From positions 1-34,121 of the forward strand of contig JBCCQY010000099.1 in the NCBI GenBank assembly GCA_039208735.1: a stretch of 34,121 bases of DNA. The letters run 5' to 3'. Source of the DNA: Myxococcota bacterium. Its GTDB lineage: Bacteria; Myxococcota_A; UBA796; GCA-2862545. The notes below the pieces were generated by a model. The model was not told where the DNA came from. It was given only the letters and a program-made list of their open reading frames with translations, and ran no database searches. Made by a program: the position numbers and the translations under genes. Shown here piece by piece: positions 17,860 to 27,054 of this stretch (positions within the stretch are counted from its first letter, which is position 1; the number at the start of each line of letters is the position of its first letter).

Positions 17860-18802
17860 GTGCAGTCAGTGCCATCTGGATGCCCCCAGCGGCCCTTCCG
17901 CCTTGCGCGGCGGCTTCGACCACCTGTTGGTATCGAGTCGTCAAGTCACCCGCCGCCCACAGTCCAGGGAGCGATGTCCGCTGCATTTCGTCGACCACTA
18001 CATACCCCTCGTCCGTACAGGCCAATCCGAGGTCCTGCACCAGGGGAACCTGATGCTGCGGCGCATGCACGAACAACGCCGCACGGGAGAGGGCTTGTCC
18101 ATCCGCCAGGTGCACGGATTGCAAGCTGCGACCGGGGCCTTCGAGCCGAGCGATCGGCGCTTCATAGAGGGGCAATGCCTGGGCCTCGGCCCATTCGCGC
18201 AACGCTGGCGCCGCGGGCGTGCCATGGGTGAAGATCGCCACGTCGGCACTCCAATTGCGCAGCATGGGCGCCATATGAAGTGCGAATGGACCATTCGCCA
18301 ATAGGCCAAGCGGGCGGTCCCTCACCTCCCAACCGTGGCAGAACGGACAGAAGTGGATGGCTTCGCCCCATCGCTCCGTATAGCCCGGAATGTCAGGATG
18401 TTCGTCAACCATCCCTGTCGCCAACAGTACGCTGCGTGCCTGCCACGAGGTGCCATCCTCGGCAATGGCAATCCACCCTTCAGGGCGCTGAACCAAGGTG
18501 CGGACCCGACCCTCCACCCGTTGAACCGATGGGTAAGCCGCCATTTGTTCCCACGACACCGAACGAAGCGCGGCCGGGGCCATGCCATCCCGGGTAAGGA
18601 AGTTGTGTACACCGGAAGATACGGCATGCCTTGGATTCCCCGCATCGATGACACAAACCCTCCTACGGGCTCGTCCCAACATCAATGCCGCCGTCAGCCC
18701 TGCAGGTCCACCGCCAATCACGAGCACATCCATCACGACCTCCGCTGATCCAACTATGGCGGAATCTCGCTTCAAGAGCCTGGCAGATCGATTGGAAGAC
18801 AT
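17852..18802 (-). CDS. TrxB-like NAD(P)/FAD-dependent disulfide oxidoreductase
   Basis: DVLVIGGGPAGL, LATG, CPFCHGWE and TSLPGLWAAGD. Start could be ATG 18733. Confidence 0.93.
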   Translation of the reverse strand: MSSNRSARLLKRDSAIVGSAEVVMDVLVIGGGPAGLTAALMLGRARRRVCVIDAGNPRHAVSSGVHNFLTRDGMAPAALRSVSWEQMAAYPSVQRVEGRVRTLVQRPEGWIAIAEDGTSWQARSVLLATGMVDEHPDIPGYTERWGEAIHFCPFCHGWEVRDRPLGLLANGPFALHMAPMLRNWSADVAIFTHGTPAAPALREWAEAQALPLYEAPIARLEGPGRSLQSVHLADGQALSRAALFVHAPQHQVPLVQDLGLACTDEGYVVVDEMQRTSLPGLWAAGDLTTRYQQVVEAAAQGGRAAGGIQMALTAHA

Positions 18803-18823
18803 GCCCGATCTTCAGGTCCTTGG

Positions 18824-21800
18824 CTAGGGGCAAGCCGTTCCGAAGTAGCGGTTCTGCAGGTAGTTCTCGATCTGTTGGCGCTCGCTGTCTGTCAGGGCTC
18901 GGTCGTAGACCAACACCGCGGCTACGTCCATGGTGTTGTGTCCGGACTCATCGAGTTCAACCGCCAATACGGATCGACCGGCCGTGGTGTTGTAGGTCGT
19001 CGTCCACTCATCGATGATGATGCCATCGAGGTAGTGCGTCCCCGCGCCCGCCCCGTAGACCACCGACTGCACGAGCCAGCCTTGCTTGATCCCGCGGTAG
19101 GCGCTGTCTTGGTCGTTACTGTGCGCGCGCACCGACAGATCCCCATTGTTGTCGACAATAAGGCCGAACGCCTGATTCGAACTGTTGGTTCCCCAGTGAA
19201 AACCGATCCAGCGGCTATTGTCGTCGTGGTAGCGCGCGACCATGAACACGGTCCGATCGGCATCGCCAAGGGGTACCCCCGTCGCAGGGCCGCCCGTGGA
19301 AAGGCCGCTGCTTCCGCCAAACTGAAGGTAATCCAGGCCGTTCAGACTATCGGCCACCAGGGTCGGTGTGCCAATCGCGGTGTACTCGTTCTTGTTCCCC
19401 GAGAGATCGGTCCACGAGGACACGGCCGTTCCCGTCGCATCCACCTCGCGTTCGCTATCGAGGTGCAACACGAGCCCATCGGTGATCAAGCCACAGCCCT
19501 CACGCTCGCAGTGCTTGTCAAGCACGTCGTCGATGGTCCAAGCCGAGCCGATCGAACCCATTTCGATCTGGGGCGTTCCCCCAGGCCCGTCGAGGGTGCT
19601 GTAGTACAGCAGCGTGCCGCCATTCTTGAGGGGCAACGCATCCCAGTGCCGAAGTTCGGAGTCGCCAAGATCGGTATCGAAGAGTGGCCTTTCGGGAACG
19701 AAGATGCTGAGATCGGTGGTCGTGACGACGTTGACCACCTGTTTGGTGATGGCTCCGCCCGACCGGTGGCGACCGCCCATGAGCAGGTCGTAACGGCCAT
19801 TGTCGCGACACATTAGGGCAGGACTAAAGATCTCGTCCCTCGCCCAGGCCTGAAAGCCCGGATCCGCCGCAGATGAGGGGTCCATCGAAAACGAAGTGCC
19901 GGATCCGCTAGCAAAGTGCATCGCGGGACGCTGGGTCAGCGCCATCCGGTACACCCCGCCCACGCCGTCGTAGACCACCCGGGGAAACCCAAAGTCCTGC
20001 GCCAAGACCAACACCGGGCTCGCGTCGGGGGCGGAAGCCGTGTAACCGCTGCCATTCCACGTGAGCAGCACGCGGCCGACACCCGCAAAGACGCCGTTCT
20101 CGCGTTCGGCTTTAAAGAAGACCGTGATGATGCCGTCGTGCTCGACGATCGAGGGGTGCGCCGCAACGCATCGGTAGTAGGTCGAGGCCGTCGGCGAAAC
20201 GATGGCTGCGCCAGAATCGGTCCACGTGACGCCATCCGTCGACGTCGCAAGGCCAAGGGACCATTCTCCGGCCGGACAGTCCGCCGACACCGCGCCGGTC
20301 TGCGTCTCAAAGGTCATCAAAAACGTCGCGTTCGCTCGGTCGTAGATGACGCTCGGCGCTCCCACACCATTCGAGGTCCAGCTCACCCCTCCGCCGGTCA
20401 GCAAGGCTCCATCGGAATTGGCATCCGTCGCATCGCACGTGCCATCGCCATCGGTATCGGTGCCATCGTTGTCGGGGTCGGGCGGCTGGACCACCGCACA
20501 ATCGTCGCACCCGTCCGCATCCGCATCGCGACACACCGTCGAAAGCAACGGGCTGCTGTCGAGGCCGTCCAACACCCCGTCTGCATCATCATCGAGGTCG
20601 CCGACGTCGCACAACCCGTCGCCATCGGTATCTGTACCGTCGTTGGCGACATCAAGGGTCCCATTGACGCAGTCGTTGCAGCCATCGGCATCGGTATCCG
20701 CGAACGGAACCCCCTCATCGATACCAAACAGGCAGTTGTTGTCGACCCCATCGCACAGCTCGGGGGCGCCTGGGTAGGTGTTCGCGTCGCTGTCATCACA
20801 GTCCACATCCGCACACCACCCATCGCCATCCGCATCGCCGGTCCCATCGCTGCCTACGCATAGATCGGCCGGGCTGCATACCCCGCTGTCGCCAATTCCA
20901 ATCAGGGCATCATTCGGGCAAGGGTCGCACAGGTCTGGCGTGCCATCTGCATCTTCGTCGTTGAGGGCCGTGACCGTGCCACTGTCGCCGCTCGAGTTGT
21001 CGTCAATGTCGGTCGTGTTGCCACCAAAGAAGGCGGTGTAGCTAATCGAGGACGAACCCGAGTCGAACTCAAAGCCCTTATTGGCGCTGCCGATGTAGAC
21101 GTCCGTGAGCGTCGTGTGGGACGTGCTGCCATGCACGTCGATGCCCTCATTGGGTCCACAAACCAACAAATCCTGAATCGTGGTACCGGTGCTCGACGAG
21201 GTCACGTGAAAGACCTTACCGAGCCCCGCCAGGTCCTGGCTTAGGATCGGCGCGTACACCACCACGTCGTCAGAATTGTCGATCGTGAACAGGTAGTCGT
21301 TCGAGCCGGGTGAGATGGAATCGTAGTCTCCGCCTCGTAGATCTAGGGTAACGGGACCGGTGGAGTCATCGACGGTGACCGGTTGGCTCGCATCCCCAAA
21401 GTCGAACCCATCCATCGAGAAGGTGGTCGCCGTCGAGATGTCGTCGATGTACAGCCCCCGTTCGCCCCCGAACGTCAAGGCCCGCATGGTAAGCCCAGAC
21501 TCGGAGTTTTCAATCTCGATGCCTACCGTGCCGGCGTCGCTGGCATCGATCGTATCCAGGGTGATGTTGCTGGAATCATCGACCAGAATTCCGTAGAGAC
21601 GACCCGACACGTTGGTATTCTGAACCGTGATGTCAACGCTGCCGTTGTCGATCTTCATGCCCTTTGAACTCGTCGATGCACTCCCCCCACGGGACAGATC
21701 AAGGCCATCAATCGTAATGCTTGAACTGCTGTCGATCTCGATGGCATCCTGATTGTTGCCCCCTGCGCCCGTCAGGACATTGTCCGCCGTGATGGTAAAG

Positions 21801-24800
21801 GGCCCTACACTGTCTTCGATGTGAATCCCGTCCGTGGCTCCATCGAAGTCGTTGTTGGAGATGGTCATCGGCGCTCGGATGCCTTCGAGGTCGAGCGCGC
21901 GGCTGGTCGTGTTCGTAAACGTGTTGCCGGTAATCGTCAGGTCTCGGACCACGCTTGACGACGAGGTCTGTACCCCATTGTTTCGCCCATCGAAGTTGGT
22001 GTTCTGAATCGTCGTGCTCAGAGCGCCCTCGAGGTACACTCCGACGCCTCCCGACCCCGACAAATCCAGGCCGTCAATCGTGATGTCCACGGTGTCCAGC
22101 AGCTTGATGGCTTCGGAAGTCACCCCCACAAAGGTGTTGGAGCTGGGAATGGAAAGGGGACCCCGGATGTCTCGCAGGTTCAGCCCATCGGAGCTGCCGT
22201 CAAACGTGTTCGACGTCAGGGTCAAATCGGGCGCCATGCCATCGAGGTACATGCCGCTGGAGGTCGAGTTCGACACATCATTGTTGTGGATGGTGACCCC
22301 TTCGCTTACCCCACCGCTGCTGCTGCTGTAAATGCCATCCGCAAGCCCGCTTAGGGTGCAGTTCTGGATGGCCACGTCGTTCACGCCACTTAGACGAATC
22401 CCTCGACCGACGCCCGCCGCAGACAGGTCCACCCCATCGACGGTGACGTTGTTCACCCGATCGAGGTGAATGACCAACTCCGACGTTCCGGTGCTGGTCC
22501 CCACCCAGGAATGCCCGCCGGACCCGAACGTCCACGGCCCCGTTAGCCCGAGAATATCGAGACCTGCCTCGGCGTTGTCGAAGGTGATCGTATCGAGAAC
22601 CAGGCCGCTGTCGGGGTAGTCGAGGTCGACCCCGGTCTCGGTGGCATCGCTCACGTCAACCCTTCGAATCACCAGGTCCTCGTTGCTCGACCCCTCAATC
22701 TCGAGGCCGATCTTCCGACCGGATGCGTTGACATCCTGAATCGTCAGTCGAACCGTGTTGTCAGCATCGATCGCCGTACCCGTGCCCGACGACGCCGAAA
22801 TGTCGAGGTTCTGAATCGTGACATCACTCCGGCCAGTCACCCGCACGCCGTCGCCGTCGCCCTCCATGATGATGCGGTAGCCGGCCCCGTCCAACGTGAC
22901 GCTGTCCGCGCCAATGGTCACCGCATTCCCTACAAACGAGGAAGCACAGACCACGTGGCCAGTCAGTGTCGTGTTGGACGTGAGAGTGTCACCACAAAAC
23001 ACGTTGCTGTTGCTGACCGTCGGGTCGGTACCCGCAGAGATTTCGTCGGGATCCGAAACCCCATCATTGTCGGTATCGACGCTCGCGGGGTCCGAAGGTC
23101 CGTAGGGAGCGAGACTCCCCGTCCCGTTGATTTCGTCAGCGTCGCTAAGCCCGTCGCCATCGGTATCGATGAGCCGAGTGCTCGACCCTGCCGCAAACTC
23201 ATCCGCGTCTGTCACGCCGTCGTTGTCGGAGTCGGTGTCTGCGTAATCGGGCAGGCCGTCCCCATCGGTGTCAACGGCCGCAGTGCAGGGGTCCGCGTCG
23301 CCGGCCTCAAACTCGTCCCGTAGCCCGTCTCCGTCGGTGTCCCAGTCCTCGTCGTTGTCGATGCCATCCCCATCGACGTCCGTCGAACTCGCCCCAAGGT
23401 AAGGGTACAACGCAACGGCATCGGTCGCTTCCTCACTGTCTGGAATGGTGTCGCCGTCTTTGTCGTTGGGCGCCACCCGAATCATCTGCCAGCCCGAGAT
23501 GGTGGAGGGCTGAATCTGCTTCGTGACGGTGGTGTTGAGGGGGTACGGATAGGTGACGCGGACGGTGTAGGTCGCGGTGTCCGTGCCTGAATTCTTGAGG
23601 CCGAAGAACACCTCGGGCGGTCCCTGACTGCCGTGACCCTTGCCGCCATCGAGCTGCCGGGCCCCCGACAACGCGGTGGTGTTGGAGCTGTCGTACAGCT
23701 GGACGGTTGCCCCAATCGCCGGGGCATACGCCGAGCCGGAAGGACAGGTGCCGTGCGTGATCATGGGACGAACCACCAAATAGTCATCTGCGCCCGATGC
23801 ATTTTCGTCATTGAGGTACAGCTTGTTGGTGCTACTCTCGTTGACGTAAATATCGACGTCCCCATCCTGATCGAAGTCCGCCGCCACCACCCCTTCGCCG
23901 TTACCACTGCCCGAGATTCCGACCGAACTCGTCACATCGGTGAACGAGAGCTTTCCGTCATTGCGGAACACATAGTCGGTGCTCGATGCACTGAAGAACA
24001 GATCCAGGTCTCCATCGTTGTCGAAGTCCGCACAAGAGACGCCATCGAGCCCGTTCGAGGCTCCTGAAATGGACGACAACGCACCGGATGCGGTGAAGCC
24101 TCGGGACCCATCGTGTTCCCACAACACATTGTCGCCCTCGGACGCCACTTCAGAATCATCGGTGATGACCAGATCGAGGTCTCCGTCATCGTCGAAATCA
24201 CAGAAGACGGCCCCGCCCTTGTTGCCGTTCGACGCCCCAAAGTCCATGGTGGTGTCGGCGGTGAACGACCCGTCGCCGTCGTTCCAATACAGATCGTAGC
24301 CCCCCTCCATCCGGTTGATGAAGTCGATGTAGCCGTCGCGGTCGACATCGTTCGCGACCATGTAGTCGGCGCGAGAGCCCTCCGAACTCCAGGTGACCCC
24401 CACCGTCGTTTCATCCCACAGCACGAAGCCCTGGTGAACCCCCATCCCGTCGTTGCCCTGGTTCTGGAGCATGACGACGCCATCCTGCTCGTTGACCACC
24501 AAATCGGTCCACCCGTCGTTGTCGACGTCGAACACAAGGGATCCTTCGTAGTTCGTACCGGGGTCCCCCGTGGCGTAGTCGCTGTTCGAATCCCAGTGGT
24601 AGTTGGGCGCCGAACCTGATCCAAAAGTAGGTCGCAGTTCGCTGTCGCAATTCGACAGCCACACGGAAATGGCGGGGTTTCCAACGTTCGCGATGTCCAA
24701 GCACCCATCACGATTGAAGTCCGCAGTGACCACGGAGCGGTCAAGTTCCCCGGAACTCCCAAATCCCGCGATGTCGTCATTTCCGTACGTGAAGGTCCCG

Positions 24801-25009
24801 TCGCGCCCGTTGACGAAGTAGTAGCCGGGGTCTGACGCGCTGCCGGTGGTTCCGATCAGGTCGAGCCAACCGTCGTTGGTCAAGTCCGCGAAGGCCACCC
24901 CTCCTTCCTTCGAGGCGCTCGCCTGAACTCCCGCCGCCGATGAGGCTTCGGTAAACGACCCTGCTCGAACGTTGGTCACGAGTGCCAAAATGGTGATGGG
25001 AAAGGGCAA
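18824..25009 (-). CDS. Giant secreted multidomain protein (FG-GAP/ASPIC-UnbV, TSP3-like repeats, parallel beta-helix, DCDD metal motif, beta-propeller, LamG-like)
   Basis: TTG start with AGGAG RBS and signal peptide. DFDDDGDLDL repeats; GGKGHGSQ...FFGL (ASPIC/UnbV); DTDGDG repeats; about 670 aa of beta-helix repeats; DCDDSDANTYPGAPELCDGVDNNC; LATSTDGVTWT; GLVLHLD...YDRALTDSERQQIENYL. Confidence 0.9.
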   Translation of the reverse strand: MPFPITILALVTNVRAGSFTEASSAAGVQASASKEGGVAFADLTNDGWLDLIGTTGSASDPGYYFVNGRDGTFTYGNDDIAGFGSSGELDRSVVTADFNRDGCLDIANVGNPAISVWLSNCDSELRPTFGSGSAPNYHWDSNSDYATGDPGTNYEGSLVFDVDNDGWTDLVVNEQDGVVMLQNQGNDGMGVHQGFVLWDETTVGVTWSSEGSRADYMVANDVDRDGYIDFINRMEGGYDLYWNDGDGSFTADTTMDFGASNGNKGGAVFCDFDDDGDLDLVITDDSEVASEGDNVLWEHDGSRGFTASGALSSISGASNGLDGVSCADFDNDGDLDLFFSASSTDYVFRNDGKLSFTDVTSSVGISGSGNGEGVVAADFDQDGDVDIYVNESSTNKLYLNDENASGADDYLVVRPMITHGTCPSGSAYAPAIGATVQLYDSSNTTALSGARQLDGGKGHGSQGPPEVFFGLKNSGTDTATYTVRVTYPYPLNTTVTKQIQPSTISGWQMIRVAPNDKDGDTIPDSEEATDAVALYPYLGASSTDVDGDGIDNDEDWDTDGDGLRDEFEAGDADPCTAAVDTDGDGLPDYADTDSDNDGVTDADEFAAGSSTRLIDTDGDGLSDADEINGTGSLAPYGPSDPASVDTDNDGVSDPDEISAGTDPTVSNSNVFCGDTLTSNTTLTGHVVCASSFVGNAVTIGADSVTLDGAGYRIIMEGDGDGVRVTGRSDVTIQNLDISASSGTGTAIDADNTVRLTIQDVNASGRKIGLEIEGSSNEDLVIRRVDVSDATETGVDLDYPDSGLVLDTITFDNAEAGLDILGLTGPWTFGSGGHSWVGTSTGTSELVIHLDRVNNVTVDGVDLSAAGVGRGIRLSGVNDVAIQNCTLSGLADGIYSSSSGGVSEGVTIHNNDVSNSTSSGMYLDGMAPDLTLTSNTFDGSSDGLNLRDIRGPLSIPSSNTFVGVTSEAIKLLDTVDITIDGLDLSGSGGVGVYLEGALSTTIQNTNFDGRNNGVQTSSSSVVRDLTITGNTFTNTTSRALDLEGIRAPMTISNNDFDGATDGIHIEDSVGPFTITADNVLTGAGGNNQDAIEIDSSSSITIDGLDLSRGGSASTSSKGMKIDNGSVDITVQNTNVSGRLYGILVDDSSNITLDTIDASDAGTVGIEIENSESGLTMRALTFGGERGLYIDDISTATTFSMDGFDFGDASQPVTVDDSTGPVTLDLRGGDYDSISPGSNDYLFTIDNSDDVVVYAPILSQDLAGLGKVFHVTSSSTGTTIQDLLVCGPNEGIDVHGSTSHTTLTDVYIGSANKGFEFDSGSSSISYTAFFGGNTTDIDDNSSGDSGTVTALNDEDADGTPDLCDPCPNDALIGIGDSGVCSPADLCVGSDGTGDADGDGWCADVDCDDSDANTYPGAPELCDGVDNNCLFGIDEGVPFADTDADGCNDCVNGTLDVANDGTDTDGDGLCDVGDLDDDADGVLDGLDSSPLLSTVCRDADADGCDDCAVVQPPDPDNDGTDTDGDGTCDATDANSDGALLTGGGVSWTSNGVGAPSVIYDRANATFLMTFETQTGAVSADCPAGEWSLGLATSTDGVTWTDSGAAIVSPTASTYYRCVAAHPSIVEHDGIITVFFKAERENGVFAGVGRVLLTWNGSGYTASAPDASPVLVLAQDFGFPRVVYDGVGGVYRMALTQRPAMHFASGSGTSFSMDPSSAADPGFQAWARDEIFSPALMCRDNGRYDLLMGGRHRSGGAITKQVVNVVTTTDLSIFVPERPLFDTDLGDSELRHWDALPLKNGGTLLYYSTLDGPGGTPQIEMGSIGSAWTIDDVLDKHCEREGCGLITDGLVLHLDSEREVDATGTAVSSWTDLSGNKNEYTAIGTPTLVADSLNGLDYLQFGGSSGLSTGGPATGVPLGDADRTVFMVARYHDDNSRWIGFHWGTNSSNQAFGLIVDNNGDLSVRAHSNDQDSAYRGIKQGWLVQSVVYGAGAGTHYLDGIIIDEWTTTYNTTAGRSVLAVELDESGHNTMDVAAVLVYDRALTDSERQQIENYLQNRYFGTACP

Positions 25010-25094
25010 CCTCGACTCCTAAAGGACTCGGATTCCCCTTCCTTCTCGACGCACCCGGGCATGGGGTTGAGAGGTTGCGTACGCGAACGACTCG

Positions 25095-25601
25095 CTAGCG
25101 AGCCGGCACAGCCTCAAGTTCGACGGTCGCACCCGCCTTGGTGAGCGCCATGAGCACCTGGAGCGCCTTTTCCTCCCGATAGGGACCCAGCATCATGGGC
25201 GCCCCATCGACCATGCCTTTGGCCTGGCGCAACCCAATCCCCAGCGTCTCGCGCAAGATCTTGATGACGTGGATGACCCGAGGTCCAGGCGCCACGAGGC
25301 GAACCCGTTGCACGGACGAGGTGCCGGTGATGACCGAACGCGCCATCGCGCCTGCGTCCTGGTGCCGAGCCACCGCTTCCTGAGCGGCTTCGGGCGTCGC
25401 TACACGGGTCACGACCGTCGGAGCCGCATCGACGCACCGTTTGGCCTCGGCAAGGCTCATTTCTGCGAGGTCTCGTAGCGCCTTGATGACCGCGATCTTG
25501 CGAGGCCCAACGTGATCGAGGAGCACCTCAAAATCACCCAGGGGAAGGCTTCGCACCGGTACGTCATCATCGTCAGCAAACAACCAATCGAAAAGTCCCA
25601 T
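25095..25601 (-). CDS. Protein with two tandem ribosomal L7/L12 C-terminal-like domains (not the canonical rplL)
   Basis: GPRKIAVIKALRDLAEMSLAEAKRCVDAAP and GPRVIHVIKILRETLGIGLRQAKGMVDGAP...AGATVEL; no L12 N-terminal dimerisation domain; not in an rplJ-rpoB context. Confidence 0.85.
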   Translation of the reverse strand: MGLFDWLFADDDDVPVRSLPLGDFEVLLDHVGPRKIAVIKALRDLAEMSLAEAKRCVDAAPTVVTRVATPEAAQEAVARHQDAGAMARSVITGTSSVQRVRLVAPGPRVIHVIKILRETLGIGLRQAKGMVDGAPMMLGPYREEKALQVLMALTKAGATVELEAVPAR

Positions 25602-25665
25602 ACGGGATTCTACGACACAACGCCGAAGTCTATTGCAACCTCATGGGCTCGGATAGAAGCCTTCC

Positions 25666-26970
25666 ATGGCTCATGTACCGCCCAATCCTCACTTTCGTGC
25701 GCTCGTTGCAGCCACTTTGGCCCTGGCGGCCTGCGCTCCCAAGAGCGCACCGGCTCCAACCTCAGCTCCGGAGGGCGTTCCGGGAGGGGCTCCCCCGCTC
25801 GTGCCCGCCCCTGGCCCCAAGCCCACGCCCTGCGAACTGCAGCAAGGCCCGACCGTGGGCACCAACTTGCGGCCCGTCGAACCGGTCGACGCCTTGGCCT
25901 TTGCGGTGGCGAATCCCATGAAGGGCGCGGCGCTCGAACTCCGCCCCATCACGGGGCAAGTTTGTGCGGACGGGCCAGGCTGCGTTGCCCCGCTCGTCAC
26001 CGAAGCCCTCCATCAACAATGTGGGCAGATCGGCTGCATCGAATCCACCCTGGTGTGGTCGCGCGAAGGGGTGCCCGGCGCCGCCACAAATCGCACGGCC
26101 CTGCTCGAATTCCTCGGCCCTATCGACAGTCGCGGCGAAGCGAATCTCTTGGCGTGGGTGGGGGGCTATTCCCCCACCGCGTGCCCCACCAAACAGGGCG
26201 CCAAGGGCGTGTGGAAGGTGACGGTGAACCGTCGGGTTTCGGACTGCCCGGTTCGTGTCGATAGCTACGACCTCGACATTACGCCCTCAGGCGAGCTGAC
26301 CGTGAAAGCCCATCGCAAGGGGGCATCGACCAGCATCTGCATCGGACGCTTGCCTGCGGGCCTCGGTGAGGTCCCGGAACCCGGAGTGACGGTCGGGTCG
26401 TGGTTGGCTCGCGCGGCGCATCTTGAAGCCGCGAGCGTGCAGGCCTTCGATCAACTCCACGCTGAACTCGTCTTCCACCAGGCTCCTAAAGCGCTGCAAC
26501 GAGCGGCCCTGGCCTGTCGAGAGGACGAGGTCCGGCACGCCAAGCTCATGGGAGACCTCGCGCGGGCGTGGGGAGCGACCGTGGCAGAGCCCGTGGTGAC
26601 GGCCACTCCGGTGCGTACATTGGTCGCGATCGCCCTCGACAACGCGGAGGAAGGATGCGGTCGCGAAGCATGGGGAGCGCTCGTTGGCCATTGGCAGAGC
26701 CTCCGCGCCGACGACCCTGCGATCCGACGGGTCGTGCGCTCGGTGGCCCAAGATGAAGTCCGACACGCAGAATTCAGTTTTGCCCTGGATGCATGGCTGC
26801 GCACACGGTTGACCTCCGCCGAATGTGCCCGGGTGGATCGGACGGTCCGCCGATCTCGACGGCGCCTTGCCACAGAGGCTCGCCTCCCCGTCCCCGAGCC
26901 CATGCGTCGGGTTCTTGGCCTTCCCGATGCGAACGAAGCCGCAACGCTCTGGGCCGCACTTCGCACCTGA
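25666..26970 (+). CDS. Lipoprotein with C-terminal ferritin-like di-iron domain (myxobacterial type)
   Basis: Lipobox LAAC, Pro-rich linker and Cys-rich domain, then AHLEAASV...EDEVRHA...NAEEGCGRE...QDEVRHA. Confidence 0.88.
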   Translation: MAHVPPNPHFRALVAATLALAACAPKSAPAPTSAPEGVPGGAPPLVPAPGPKPTPCELQQGPTVGTNLRPVEPVDALAFAVANPMKGAALELRPITGQVCADGPGCVAPLVTEALHQQCGQIGCIESTLVWSREGVPGAATNRTALLEFLGPIDSRGEANLLAWVGGYSPTACPTKQGAKGVWKVTVNRRVSDCPVRVDSYDLDITPSGELTVKAHRKGASTSICIGRLPAGLGEVPEPGVTVGSWLARAAHLEAASVQAFDQLHAELVFHQAPKALQRAALACREDEVRHAKLMGDLARAWGATVAEPVVTATPVRTLVAIALDNAEEGCGREAWGALVGHWQSLRADDPAIRRVVRSVAQDEVRHAEFSFALDAWLRTRLTSAECARVDRTVRRSRRRLATEARLPVPEPMRRVLGLPDANEAATLWAALRT

Positions 26971-27054
26971 ATCGGCCTTCGACAGGCTCACAACGCGTGA
27001 ACAAGGCACCTTTGCACCCGTGACATACTCCTCCGGCCTCCGCCGGAGTCCGAA

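Noticed and set aside
25095..25601. Calling this gene rplL
   Set aside because: Lacks the N-terminal dimerisation domain and hinge, has a duplicated CTD, and is outside the rplJ-rpoB cluster.
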